Below, in pieces: positions 37,988 to 50,980 of a stretch of 64,000 nucleotides of DNA. How positions within the stretch are numbered: position 1 is the stretch's first letter; each line of letters starts with the position of its first letter. Below the pieces are notes generated by a model. The model was not told the DNA's origin and did no database searches. It saw only the letters and a program-made list of their open reading frames with translations. The position numbers and the translations under genes were made by a program. Source of the stretch: Mobula hypostoma (Eukaryota); NCBI RefSeq assembly GCF_963921235.1, contig NC_086097.1:155064001-155128000 (forward strand). Reading direction: 5' to 3'.

Positions 37988-38082
37988 AACTTTTCCATAG
38001 ATGCTGTCTGGCCTGCTGAGTTCCTCCAGCATTTTGTGAGAGTTGCTCAGATTTCCAGCATCTGCAGATTTCCCCTTGTTTT
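37988..38082 (+). mobile_element. Short Penelope pLTR tail fragment
   Basis: TAGATGCTGTCTGGCCTGCTGAGTTCCTCCAGCATTTTG...CAGCATCTGCAG matches the tail at 35665-35752. Confidence 0.75.
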
Positions 38083-39392
38083 AGGTCTTTGATTCTCAGT
38101 TTGAATGTGATAAGTAGCCTAGGAACAATATCCCTACTATTTTCTGCAGCAGTCATATTCTTAATGCAAAATGAAGATAGGAAGAAAAGAATTTTTTTTA
38201 ACTCAATGAATTGTACATTGTCATAAATACTTGTGAAATCAATTTCAGCAATAACTTTCAAAAGGCAACTAAAATGCATCTGCAAGAGAAAAGTGACTGA
38301 GACAAAATAATAGAGCTTTAATTGTGATGGTGTTAATTATGTTAGCAGACACAAATAGGCCAAGGGCCCGCCTTCTAATCTCTATGATTTTTTAAAAACA
38401 TACAAGATTAGCCCTGAATTACATTGGCATTTCATAATTCAAGTGTTAAATGTTGTTTGCAATTCACGCATTAGCTAGGTTTTGGTAAATCTCTTTGAAT
38501 GTTAAAAATTTCTCTGAGGATACTGCCTTGTTATTCATTCTGGAACCACCTGTGCACTTGGCACAGATTACTTTTAATTCTTTGCAAGCCACCAAAGGGA
38601 TTAGACTTTAATATGCTGGTGATTGAAGCACAGACTTGAAACAGGCCCACTATTATTCTGGTGTGTATAAACAGCAGGAATTATATAATCATCACAGGGG
38701 ATTTTAAGCTAAGATTGCATATTCATAATGTAAGGGAGAAATGAGCCCGTTGAATTTTTAAATGAGTTGCTGTCATCAATTTTATTCACATCTGATTTTC
38801 CACTTACATGATTAGTTTTCTACTGGGATTAGTTCATTGCCTGTGGTATTCCTTTTACCATATTCAAATTTACTTTCCACTTGTTATTCAGATTTTCCAC
38901 TTACATCAAGATTTTTCATTTTATTATTCAGTCCAATCAGCAGCTCCACATTGAGAAGCAATATCAGCAGCAATCCAAGAGAAAAAAATAAAATTAATGA
39001 CATGAATTTAAGACCTAATCTTTTGTGAAGCAGATATTTTTTTCCATGATGTCCCAAAGGTGTTTTATTTTTGCAATAATTGATAATCAGTTTCTCATCA
39101 ATTAACAATTTAGCTATTGCATAGTTCTTTGGCTTGTTACAGGAGCAATGGGATTGAGTTTACATTTTTCAACGTATCAATGTACATTAACTTGAAGCAT
39201 GTGGATCAACACAATTCATTAAAACCTCTTAAGGAGTACTAATTTGTTTTACATTCTGATAATGTACAATGCACCAGTTTATTTTATACATTTTCTCCTG
39301 ATTACATTATTAGAAGCTTAGCTATTTCACTGACTTCTTTTCTTGCCTGCAGTGTTAAGATCTTCAACGATGTTCATATGGCTAAAGGTTAA

Positions 39393-40112
39393 TCAGAATG
39401 TATTTAAGGGATTAGACCTACAACTTGTTCCACCTTCATAGCCTTTTCCTTGCTTTATCCGTAATCTCCCTTTGAAAGCTTGATGTGTTGGTTCAGGACT
39501 TCCATCAGATCTAATAACAGATTTAGTAATAGGAACCAAGAGTTTATTTGGAAGCACTTTTTCTCCAAATTTCTGGTTGATAATGGAATCTGGGATCTTG
39601 GCAGGAAGAAATGATGCTTGCTGCTTGAGAGACTTTGAAGATTTCAGGTTTTCTAGTAATGCATATTCAGCCTGCCTGATTTCTTCTAAGTTCTCCAGCT
39701 GTCTCGGATTCCTCGCCTTTCTCGGATGGTTTTGCACACAGCTTGCTCCATTGGTAGCTAGTTTTTCTAAAGCTTTCTCTGCTTTGACTTGAACGTCTTT
39801 GAGCTTTTCAAGTTGAGCTTTCCTGATGTCTTCAGAGAGTTCTAATGGAGCCAGCTTTACTGGTTTTTTAGGAGTAATTTCTTTCCACTCATTCTCATTT
39901 CCTTGATATGACACCAATGATGCTGTTTGTCTTTGGTCCTCATAGTTATTGACAGTTAAGGATTCTTCACTTTGATTATCAACATCATTAATTGCTGAGC
40001 GATTGGTACTGAGCGAGTTCTTCTTGTCTGTTGATTTGTTGAGGTTGAGACCATGTAGCATATTGTATGGAATTCTGTGTTTGGATTCTATTGTTGCTTG
40101 GTTTGAGAGTCC
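39393..40112 (-). CDS. Large coding exon of an unidentified host gene (K/E/S/N-rich, predicted helical segment 'KLAPLELSEDIRKAQLEKLKDVQ')
   Basis: Uninterrupted 240-codon frame in non-repetitive AT-rich DNA. Acceptor TGATAAC...TTTTCAAG|GGA at 40112 (phase 0). Possible weak donors at 39434 (G|GTGGAA) or near 39419 (AG|GTCTAA); otherwise a stop at 39393. Confidence 0.7.
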   Translation of the reverse strand, partial: GLSNQATIESKHRIPYNMLHGLNLNKSTDKKNSLSTNRSAINDVDNQSEESLTVNNYEDQRQTASLVSYQGNENEWKEITPKKPVKLAPLELSEDIRKAQLEKLKDVQVKAEKALEKLATNGASCVQNHPRKARNPRQLENLEEIRQAEYALLENLKSSKSLKQQASFLPAKIPDSIINQKFGEKVLPNKLLVPITKSVIRSDGSPEPTHQAFKGRLRIKQGKGYEGGTSCRSNPLNTF

Positions 40113-41144
40113 CTTGAAAACGATTGAAGCAGGTTATCATTTAAGAAAGCAGCTTTTGCAGGCTAGAATACACATTCCCATTTTTTGTCATTGACCACAC
40201 AACAGAAAAGAGGTAAAATATTATATTCATTCATGAGGTAAACTTAGGATGTTAGAACAAATGCTTTTTGAATTTTGTTTCTGAAGTTCCAAGTTGTTGT
40301 TTCATCTTGAAATATATTGCTACACAGTGCATTTATCATATAACACAGTGGACAAATTCTTAACCCCAAAACTTTAAAATTATGAATAGCATGAAAATAG
40401 ATCAAATTAAGAAAAGGTAAGCAATATTAAATACAATTTTCATACTTAGGTCAGCTATATAATTTGCAATTTGTCTTCTGTCATTTTTGCAGAAATCATT
40501 CAACAGCTTAGTCTAAGACTGCCTTCAGAAACTTAGCACAAGAACATTAAGAATTTTTTCTCACTCATTAAACTCACTAACAATTAATCTCCATTGTTTT
40601 AGACACATAATGATTGGTTCATTCAATTCATAACCTTCCTCTGACTTTTAACAAATGATAATTCCACCATCAGGGAGAAAATCTTGTGAAAATTCCTTTC
40701 TTGGTCTTCTAATTGAGTCTTGTGCTTAATAATCTTCACCAGGTAACAATATTAGATGTTGCTTTTACATTATTCAATGGAAAGAGGTAAAAGAAAAACA
40801 TTCAAGCGTTTTTCAACTTTCATAAACCTAAAATGGTTCACAAACTCAGGATGTTTTCCCAAGGGTTTACAACCAATTAATCTCTTCAGAAATTGCATCA
40901 TTGTTTCATTGTAGGAAATATGACAGTAAAATGTATATATTTCAAAGTCTCTCAACTAGTGATGTGATAATGCACAGATGATCTATGCATATACAAACTG
41001 AAGAGGCCATTTAATCCTTCAACCTTCTGTCTAGAATTAAAGTATGTCATTTCTCTGTTTATTAGATTTTTGTTCTGTATTCTTTTTAAAAAATTGATTT
41101 GGCTTCAGTTGTTCTTGAGGCACCACCTGTTAAAGACGTCCTCA

Positions 41145-42285
41145 ATGGTTGGAGACTAATTGAATGTGGTAAATAGAATCAACAAGTTTGTGGATGACAC
41201 CAAAATTGGGGATGTAGTGGACAGCGAATGAGGCTATCAGAGCTGGCAGCAGGATCTGGACCAGTTGGAAAAATGGGCTGAAAAATAGTAGGTTGAATTT
41301 AATGCAGACAGGTGTAAGCTGTTGCACTTTGGAAGGACAAGCCAGGGTAGGTCTTACATGGTGAGCAGTAGGGCACTGAGGAGTGCAGTAAAACAGAGAG
41401 ATCTGGGAAAACAGATCCATAATTCCTTGAAAGCGGTGCCACAGGTAGATAAGGTCTAAAAGTGTTCACTCCTCTCTCTTTGCTGTTACTGCTAGTGTTT
41501 GCGTGATTTGTGTTTTTTCTCTTTCACTGTGCATTGGGTGTTGGTCTCTCTTTTTTTAATTCAGGTTCCTCGCTTTGTGGCTGCCTGTAAGCAGACAATT
41601 CTCAAGTTTTTATAATTTATATATACTTCAATTCTTTGAATCATTTGAAAGAAAGCTTTTGGCATATTGGCCCTCATAAATCAATATATTGCATCCAGGA
41701 GTTGGAATGTTATGAAATGTATTAGACGTTAGTGAGGGTTAATTTGGAGTATTATGCGGAGTGATCTACCTACAGAAAGTATATCAATAAGATTGAAAGA
41801 GTGCAGAGAAAATTTACAAGGATGTTGCCAGGACTTGAGAACCTGAGTTCTGGGGAAAGGTTAAATAGGTTGGAACGTTAGTCTCTAGAGCTTTGGAGAA
41901 TGAAGGGAGATTTGATAGAGGCATACAAAATTATGAGAGGTATCGATAGGGCAAATGCAAAGAGGATTTTTTCCTCTGAAGTTGGATGAAACTAGAACTA
42001 GCGTATGGGTTAAGGGTAAAAGGTGAAATGTTTAAGAGGTATATGGGGGGAACCTCTTCACTCTAGAGGGTGGTGAGAATGTGGAATGAGCTACCAGCAA
42101 AGCTGGTGTATGTGGGTTCAATGTCAATATTTAAGAGAAATTTGTATAGATACATGGATGGGAAGAGTATGGAGGGTTATGGTCCATGTGCAGGTCGATG
42201 GGACTAGGCAGGATAATAGGTTGGCATGGACTAGGTGAGCCAGAGTCCCTGTATGGGTGTTGCAGTGTTCTATAACTCTATGGCT
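41145..42285 (+). mobile_element. CR1 LINE 3' part with a short Rex-type tail insertion (about 41460-41645)
   Basis: KFVDDTK motif, CR1 3' UTR, and a CTATAACTCTATG tail. Confidence 0.8.
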
Positions 42286-42294
42286 AGTGTCCTT

Positions 42295-42580
42295 GAGGGA
42301 CACGACAATCCTCTACAACCCTCTGCAGCTGTTTCAATCCTAATCATCGGAGGTGGTGTTGCAACCAATCACGATGCTCACCATTGGCATCCGTAGAAAT
42401 TCACTGGAATCTTTGATGACATTGGAAATTTCTTCAAACTCTTACTGTAGTAGGGCTGAAATGCCTTCTTTGTCACTGCATATATGATGAGTGCAAGATA
42501 GACCCTCTGAGATGTTGAAACCCAGCAACTTGAAGCTTCTCACCCCTCAATGATGACTAAAGTGTGTTTTCTTAACTTCT
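42295..42580 (-). mobile_element. Old Rex1/Babar fragment
   Basis: Similar to 13490-13800 (FKLLG..ISEGL region). Confidence 0.6.
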
Positions 42581-42959
42581 CAGATAACAATCTAGTTTGA
42601 AAATTTGCACTCCAGAACTACCTGCACATTTAGCCAAGCTGTTACTAACTTCTGGAGTTCGCTTTGTGAACAGTACTGTGGGAGTACCTTCAAGAGAAAG
42701 ATCGCAGTAATATAAGGAGGCAACATATCATCAACTTTTCAAGAGCACTTCAACATGGCTTTGACACTGTTCCTTCTAAACAGCATGGGTGCGTGGCCTC
42801 ACACAGTCATTGTTGCCACGCAGCAGAAATTTTCTTTTATATAATGTTAATATAATTTTGAAATCTGTTAACAATAACTGTGAACTACCCTGTAATTATT
42901 TATGTGTTAGGGAATATAATAAATCAATTTTCTAAATAATAGATATACCACGACCTTTA

Positions 42960-43720
42960 CTTTGGAAAGATTTTGAGCAACCCACAATATTTACATCATT
43001 AACTATCCTTAATGATGCTTCAGAAGATCTGACATCTCTTTCTAAATTCCTTCAGACAAGCTTTTTGAATAAAATTGAAGCACAGCAGTATGCAAAAGCA
43101 AATATCAACAAGTTATGGACATAGTATCTTGGTGATACTGTTTACTGGAGTGACAAAGTGAAAGATCTACTTGCATATATAAGTTCTGACATCGATACTG
43201 CGCCTATTATTCGGTTCACTCATCGTGTGTGTAGTCATTTGGAAAATAGATTTCCTGACGATGAGTTAGAGAAGGACAAGCTTCTGACCCTGTTGCTAAT
43301 GCCAACACAACCAGTTTTGAATTTGGAAAAGAAAATGTTATATGATTGATACTCAGCTACTATTATGAACTATGACAAAAATGTTGCCTCAAAACTATCT
43401 CAGTAATACTGTGATTTGAAATTTGTTGTTTCTGAGGAGGTTAAGCGTGATTCAGTTAAAATGTTCACTGATATGTTGATCTATGTGATTAGAAATGAAG
43501 AACTTGAAGAGCTGTCAATTCTTGTTAATATTTTTAGAACATTCCAAGCTTCTTGTGCTGACTGTGATTATGGATTCAGGCTTATGATTTCAATCAAGTG
43601 TAAATCCAGAAACAGACATAAGTGGAACATTTAGATAATCTAATGAGGATTAAGACATATCTTTCATCTGGATGAAAAATTAATCTGGACAGTGTTTATA
43701 GACAAGGATTAGTAATAAAG
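42960..43720 (+). pseudogene. hAT-family transposase C-terminal remnant
   Basis: ORF 43416..43634 'LVNIFRTFQASCADCDYGFRLMISIKCKSRNR' fits the hAT dimerisation motif (S-A-x-CERGFS-x-MN-x-IK-xxx-RN-x-L). Upstream remnants in 43158..43349. Confidence 0.75.
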
Positions 43721-46016
43721 ACAGATGGGAAAAAGTTTATGAAAGATTTTTTTTGTTGGACTGGAATAGAATGGACTGATGGAATGGATGGAATATTGAA
43801 AATAATTCATCCACTTTACCCTGCAAGAACTCGTTTCTTAGTTTTCCCTTAATTTACAAAGATTTTCTTTTGTAAATTTAGCTGCACAATGAATAGAATA
43901 TTTGGAAAAGGAGAAAGAACAATCTCAATTTGTCAATAATCCAAATACATTTTTTCCTGACTTGTTAAGAATTTCCTGATGTATGACATTTGCTTCCTTT
44001 ATTGCATATTTCCAGCATTTGCATTTGGAAAACCCACCTTCAGAGCCCATTGTTACAACTGAATTTCAGATAACTGTAGAAATACCACAACTGAATTCAT
44101 CATTATTTCATGAGTAGACAACTTTTGAAAAGCTTTAGCTGACAGGGAAATGTTGATTTTTCTTTTTCTCTGGATATAGATTATCATCTCTAAATGAGCC
44201 TGGTGAGTATGATAATATGGCAATAGAAACATTGGTATGGAAAATGGGTCAAGATAGGCTAAGAGAAAGTTGTCTTGTAAAATGCTCCATTGGGAATTAT
44301 TGCCCCCATTTGCCTTTGCTGAGCGTTTCAAAGCTTCAATTGCTCTTGAAATGCTTATATCACGTTAATTTTATTTGCCCAGTCTGAAACAAATTTTACT
44401 TTCTGTGTGCAATATGGTGCATTTTGCATGAAATATGTCATATGTTATGATATAATCAGGAGATTCCTTTCACTTCTCCTTCAAATTAAGCAGTCTATTA
44501 GCAAGAACCTGTTATATATTATTTACTGAACTACTGTATCTAATTTTCTGACGACCCTAGTAGCTATGTTAATTTGTATTCATTGATTAACATACTTTTC
44601 AAAATAGAAAAAGAGCATTTTAAGATGATAATGAAAGCCTCCAGTCCATGCATTTGACTACAGAGAAGCCTTGTTTAACTCGTGGAATAAACAAAGCAAC
44701 TCACAATTAACCGTTCATCCTGTCAGGCACCTCCTGTCCCATTGGTGGGTTCATCTGCATTTCCTTTCATTTTGGGCTCAGAAGCCACTGCAAAATTCAC
44801 AGAACCAGGGTGGAAGCATAATGTCCTCAATCCAAAGGAATAGCCTAAGGAAAACCTAAATAAAAGGAAAACTGGAGGAGAAAGTATCAATCACTTGGAA
44901 GAAATATGATAGCTAATCATTTGGATGATAGCTCAATCATATAGCCACAAACTTTGGCCACTACATCCATCATTCATGCATGGAATAGGATATTGAAGAC
45001 TGAATGAGCTTTCATAGATTAAATTGATTTGAAATGAAGTTGTCATGTTATTAGCCCAGGAATGATTACCACAGGTGAATAAACACCTGTGGCCTGTTGT
45101 TTTACAAGGCATTGATAATTTAGTTTCAGATGATATAGTAGTTTGATTATAATCAAAAAGTAATTTCATAACAGGCATTAAATGTGAGCACTTTAATAGC
45201 TCACAGCAGTATCAATGCAATGGAGATTAAAATCCATGAAATTTTGGACATCATTTCCAATGTCAATCTCAAGGGTCCTTGCTGTTGATTAATTGAGTAT
45301 AACCTCTCATTAGTCTAAAGCAAACCAGTTAATAGTCATCTTTACATCTTAGAAAGAAGTCAGACAAACTCTGTCTCATTGAGCAACTGAAACTTGGCGT
45401 TTTTCACCATTCAATTACAGGTAACAGGGCATCAACAAATCTCTGAATGATCAGGTCAATCAGCACCATTAAATAAAGGGTATCAAATGTGTAACAATAG
45501 ATTCTACAAGGATAATATGGCTTAAAATTATAACTTGCCTTCAAATTAATTGTGTTGCATTAGGACATAATATTCGATGTATTTGCATGATTATCTTTTT
45601 ATTTTATTTTATGTTGGAAACATTTCCATTATAATTGCAGATATAAAAATTACATGATAATAAAGTGCTTGTGAATAAGAATTCATTTGGTGTAATTCAA
45701 GAATGATTATGCCTGCAGGTGGAATTAATTCAATGAAATTTATATTCTAATACTTTCTGAATTTGATATAGTCCAAAAGAGATCAAAATAGAAGAGCCCT
45801 AATGAGTAAAACTCATTGGAATTTACTGAAATCTTTAAACCGGCATCAAAATTAATCTAAATTGTTCATTTTAATGGTTACAGATTCCAGCCAGAAAAAG
45901 AAATTGGAAATTAATAATGCAATGATAGATAATAGATAAAGAGACGGATAGATAGACAGATAAAAGAAAGTTACAGAGGAGGACAGCTGCTATAAAAAGG
46001 CAAATAGCTGACTTAC

Positions 46017-46061
46017 CAGCTTTCCCAATGGTTCCTGCTTTTTTCTTTGTTTCATCATCAT
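46017..46061 (-). CDS. Candidate first coding segment (MMMKQRKKQEPLGKL) of the host gene; exon about 46017-46139
   Basis: Consensus donor CTG|GTAAGT at 46016. Acceptor TTAACAG| at 46140. Phase 0 matches the acceptor at 40112. Confidence 0.5.
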
Positions 46062-46739
46062 TTAGCAGGTTTCGTCTATGTATGGTGCAGTTAGAAGCCA
46101 GCAGAGTGCTTTCAGCATGACTTTACTATGGATAAGGATCTGTTAAGGCCAGCATAAGATAATTACATGAAGATTAGTGTCACTGCTTACACAGGTTCGT
46201 GCAGGCATATTTTGTCAGGCTGAGCAACTGAAAATCATTAGTATTGCTTGAAATCCTTCAACCAGCACAGAATTTAACATTCATTCTTTAAAATAAAACT
46301 TAATAGAAAATCGAAGGCTTAATCCCAAAGGCAGTGCTTCATCAAAATATTACCTCTGTACCTTTATATTGGACTGTATAGATGGCAGATGTATAAGAGA
46401 TACTCTGCTTTTTCTTAAAGGGGCTTGTTCACACAGAGATATGAAAATTAAAATCCTAGAGGTCGGCTGAAATTACGAAAGGATGTGCAACCAATTCAAT
46501 TTTCGTGGACCCTGCTATCACAGTTGCAAATGAATAGATCTTCTGCTTTAAAATGATGCTGGCGAAGTACACGACGATTTGCTGGCAGCAAACAAAATTA
46601 CTAAGTACTTCATAAATCACACTTTCTCTGGTAAACAATCTCTGCATTCAGTAGCCTGTAACTTCCCTTTCGGACTTGAGCTTTTGAAATGCCTGCACAA
46701 CCTGACATTTTTGCGGTGTGAATTGAAGTCTAGAAGGTA

Positions 46740-47172
46740 AAAGACAGTTGGCGAGTGGCGTGTATGGGCCGAATGAAAGTGATGCAGCCCAGGCCCGAGA
46801 GTAAGGAACAAGTCAACGTTTGACTGATTTAAGTGCTAGGCCAGATTGAAAAGGTCGGGGTTTCGGGGCCGGAGGAGAGGGACAGGCCAGTGTTCAGCTC
46901 GTTGCTTGGCAAGGTTTACTCATCTCTGTGCTGAACTGAGACTGTGGTCTGCAACTAACTGGCTCCTGGATCGGCTGTGACTGGCTTTGTGGCTGTGAAC
47001 TCACTTTCGTGAACTTCAGTACTGAAAGTTATTTGCTTTCTTTTATTGTTTCCACCATTCCACCATTATTGGGTCTCTTTGCCTTGTGGCAGCTGGTAAG
47101 AAGATGAATTTCAAGGTTGTAAGTAGTATATATACTTCGATGATAAATGTACTGTGAAATTTGAACTTTGAA
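46740..47172 (+). mobile_element. Short retroposon with a Rex1-like (TTGAAC) tail
   Basis: GC-richer 5' part, then GTGGCAGCTGGTAAGAAGATGAATTTCAAGGTTGTA...TTTGAACTTTGAA. Related tails at about 47780-47932, 54800-55055, 57390-57581 and 62650-62984. Confidence 0.55.
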
Positions 47173-49929
47173 TGAAAATCAAAATCATAGATAACTAGTT
47201 TTATCTCATGTTGTCTATAAATCTTGGTTTTTATTTCCAAAAAGATCTATTATAACATCATGAGTACTAGTGTCACAACATGGAGTTCATCTAATATTGC
47301 CTATTTATTACCAGTTTATAGCAAAGTTATTATTACTTTGTACAAATGAAAATCAAATTCAAGAACATATTTTCAAGATGTCTTCCAGTCTGTAGATCTA
47401 AACATGCTACAAGTTTTGAGTCAGTGCATTGACAACTTATCGATAACTTCTGAAGTATTTGTGTTGATAACCTTAGCGGGGGGACTGGAGATTAAAACTA
47501 GGATGTCCTGATGTCCTGGAGTTAACTGTTACTTCAGAATGCTGAAAAAGTGTGGAGGAACAGATATGCTTGTGATAAAAAAAAATAGAGTTATCAGAAA
47601 TGCCAGAGGTGAATGAATTGATTTGACTGTATAGTAGGTTTAGTCTACCAAACAAAGTGAAATCCTAGGCTTTCATTTTTCCAGGGTCCAATGTAACATC
47701 TGTTCCATTTCTCACTCCTTTCTCCATATTCCTTACTACCACAACAAATATAGGGTCCACTCCATATTCTAGGTGAAATCACATTGGTTGTTTATCCATC
47801 CTGTTGGGTGCGGTCTTTCATTCATTCTATTGTGTTGCTTGGATTTACTGCAAGAACATGAATTTCATGGTTGTATGTGGTGACATATTTGTACTTTGAT
47901 AATAAATTTGCTTTGAACTTTTGAACTTTGAAAATATCATTTACTTGTACATTTTTCATTTAAGTATACTGCTCAAAATGTGGCCTCCTGTATGATAAAC
48001 AGAAATTAGACCATAAGACCAAGTTGAATTGTATGGTTGCTTAGCAGAAAATCTCTGATCAGTCTTCATTCATGGTCACCATCGTCATGTCATCTGTCAT
48101 TTCACTCCACCCTGCCCTCTGTACCCTTAGCCTCTTATGTCATGATGAAGCTCAATGAATGGAATCATATCTTTTAACAAGGCTTATTAATTTTTGAACT
48201 CAACAATTATTTATCAAATTCAGATATTAAACATTTTCAGATTTTAACACGTCCTTTCCTGTAATTCTGCCATGTATCTTTTTAATATTTTTTTATTCCT
48301 TACTTTGTTTCTTTGTATCTTAATATTTCTAACTCTTTTGCAGTAAAGATGGAAGCATCTTTATTATTCCTTGTGGTCCATTTTATTTAATCATCTGTGT
48401 TGTTAAGGGTTTCGTGATTTAACATGGACAAATTCATTATCATCACAAAGACAAAGTGAGTGATTTAAAGAAAATGGCTTAATACCTGTACTATATTAGC
48501 CAATTATTGGAAGTCTGATGCCTCCATTATGTTTGTAAGACCATTAAGACACCCTTATTAATCAAGAACTTACAACTTCTGCTTTAAATTCATATACCCA
48601 ATTACCTAGCCTCCACAGCCATCTATGGCAATGAATTCCATAGATTCCCTGCTGACTGACTCATGAAATTGCTCATTATCTCTGTTCTAAAGGGATGTCC
48701 TACAGTTTTATGGCTGTGCCCTCTGACTTTAGACTCATCACTTTTAGAAACATCCACTCTATCTGGGCCCTTCGATATTTGGTAAAAAAGCAAATACTGA
48801 CTTTAACTGGATAAACTGTATTTTCTTTCATAAATCCCCCATGGCTTTCTCCTGAGTGTATAAATTGAATATGAGTTGGGGAAACACATTTAAACATGGT
48901 GAAAATCCTAATCTATTTTTCATCCCTCAACGATGCATTCACAATGCTTAAATTGAACCTACGTAATCAGAATGAACTGCTGTGAAGGATAACAGAAGCC
49001 CTCAATGGAATAAGGACAGATAATTTATTTCAAAGTTTAAAATATAGATCAGTCTATACCGGAAAGGGAAATGAAAAGTTAAATGATGACCATTTTATCA
49101 GACCTGGCACATGAATGAATACTTGAGCTTTTTACTTGTTATTTATTTTTGGTTTGGGGTAAGGCAGGTAAGGCATTTAAGTACCATCCTACTTGCTCTA
49201 ATTTAAAGGATAATGAGCACTATTTCAAACTAATATGCTTTTTGCATCAAAGAATTCTGCCTAAAACAATACGGTGATAATGAATACAGTGACGATGGTG
49301 AGCCTTAGTACTGCAGAATTTATGGTAAAGACAATCAGAATTATCAGAGAGCTGCCTTTAGAATTTAAACACAGTGATGTATTTCCAAGTTCAGATGATG
49401 TGTTCTTGGAGGGGAACCTGTAGGTAGTAGTCTTTACATATCTGATGCTCTCGTCTTTCTTGGTCATAATGATCGTGGTTTTGGGATGTGCTGTCAGCTT
49501 AGCTGAGAAACTAGGTAAATGGCATACAATGAAATTGTGTTGGACTAGCAATAAAGAGAGTGTTTGCTCCAGTTGATGGATAGGATAACTAACTAACACT
49601 GCAATGACAGGATCACAGAAACTTCTTGGGTATTGTTGGAGGTACTCCCATCCAGGAAAGTAGTATGTACTCCATCACATTCCCACCTTGACTATTGTAG
49701 ATGTTGATAAAGCTTAAGGGTGTCCAGAGGCAAATCACTCTTGTGGCCACAGTAATTACATGGATTGTATGGATGGGTTTTTGGTCAATGATCAATAGCA
49801 TGATTCGTTTCACTCCGGTGATTTTTTTTTTGTCTTAGATGCTTAGTATAGAAAAAATTGTTAAAGTGGAATGATTCAATATTCATTTCTGGAGGATTAA
49901 CCAAACTTGCTTTTTTAGCAAAGGGGGGA

Positions 49930-50565
49930 GAAGATGGCGGCGCGACACAGCTTACAGCGGCCACTCCAGTGAATGATATCTGTTATCTGTCAAGTAGGGT
50001 GCCGTGCACAATCCTAATTTGATGGAGACAGACGTGACAGCATGGAGGAACATCTGTGAAACTTCTGAAATGCCTGCTTCACTGCCGCTGCTACTGTGTG
50101 ATCCAGAATCTCCGGAGGGGAAGGGCCCGGGTCCTCGGCTTTGCTTGTTGCTCGGCGCGCGGGGTTGAAGCGCTCGGCACAGATGGTGCTTTGGTGCTCG
50201 GTGTCGGAGGCTCAAAGTTTTCTGCCGGACTCAGAGTCGGCTGTGGTCGGGTGCTTCCAATGCATCGGCAAGCTTGCGGCGCTTGGAGGTTCATGGCAGG
50301 GACAGTTTCTCCCTTCTATAGTCTGCGTGAGATGATGGGGCTATCGGGACTTGAGACTTTTTTTTTACTGTGCCCATTGTCTGTTCTTTATCAAATTACG
50401 GTATTGCTTTGCGCTGTTGTAACTATATGTTATAATTATGTGGTTTTGTCAGTTTTAGTCCTGGTTTGTCCTGTGTTTCTGTGATATCTCTCTGGAAGAA
50501 CATTGTATCATTTTTTAATGCATGCATTTCTAAACGGGGACTGAGTGTCCTCATAATCTAAATCT
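49930..50565 (+). mobile_element. ~630-bp non-autonomous retroposon (copy 2)
   Basis: Begins GAAGATGGCGGCG. Colinear with 32527-33147 (e.g. TTTGATGGAGAC-GACGTGA and GTTGTAACTATATGTTATAATTATGTGG). Ends CATAATCTAAATCT. Confidence 0.8.
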
Positions 50566-50727
50566 ATTTAAATGTCAGTTTACAAGGTTGAGCTAAATCA
50601 TATGATGGAACACACAACAGCAATTCAGTTACCTTCCTGAGCTCACTAAAAAGTCATTGTGTAAACAAAGATACAATTGTAAGATAAGAATTCATGCTTA
50701 TGACTCAGATTGGTCAATGGTACTAAA

Positions 50728-50980
50728 GCGGGATGGTGGCATAGTGGTTGGCACAACGCTCTGCAATGTAGGTGAGCCAGATTCAATTCCCACTGCTGCC
50801 TGTAAGGGGTTTCTTCCAGATACTAAAGATGTACCAGCTGGTAGGTGAATTGGTCATTGTAAATTGTCCCATGATTAAGCTAGGGTTAAATTGGGGGATT
50901 GGTGATTGCTGGGTGGCATGGCTCAAAGGGCCAGAAGGGCTGATTCCACACTGTATAGCAATAAATAAAGAAATAAATAG
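50728..50980 (+). mobile_element. tRNA-derived V-SINE (HE1-like), internally deleted
   Basis: A-box-like GGTGGCATAGTGG and B-box-like GATTCAATTCC. Core GGTGAATTGGTCATTGTAAATTGTCCC. CR1-like 3' end GGGCCAGAAGGGC...CTGTA followed by an (AATAA) tail. Confidence 0.75.

Noticed and set aside
38792..38908. Repeated GATTTTCCACTTACAT about 97 bp apart
   Set aside because: Two short copies in AT-rich intronic DNA with no further structure; probably a small local duplication.
45920..45965. (GATA/GACA)-like run next to the candidate exon
   Set aside because: An ordinary degenerate microsatellite.
50728..50795. tRNA gene
   Set aside because: Only degenerate A/B boxes with no cloverleaf, followed by a SINE core and tail.
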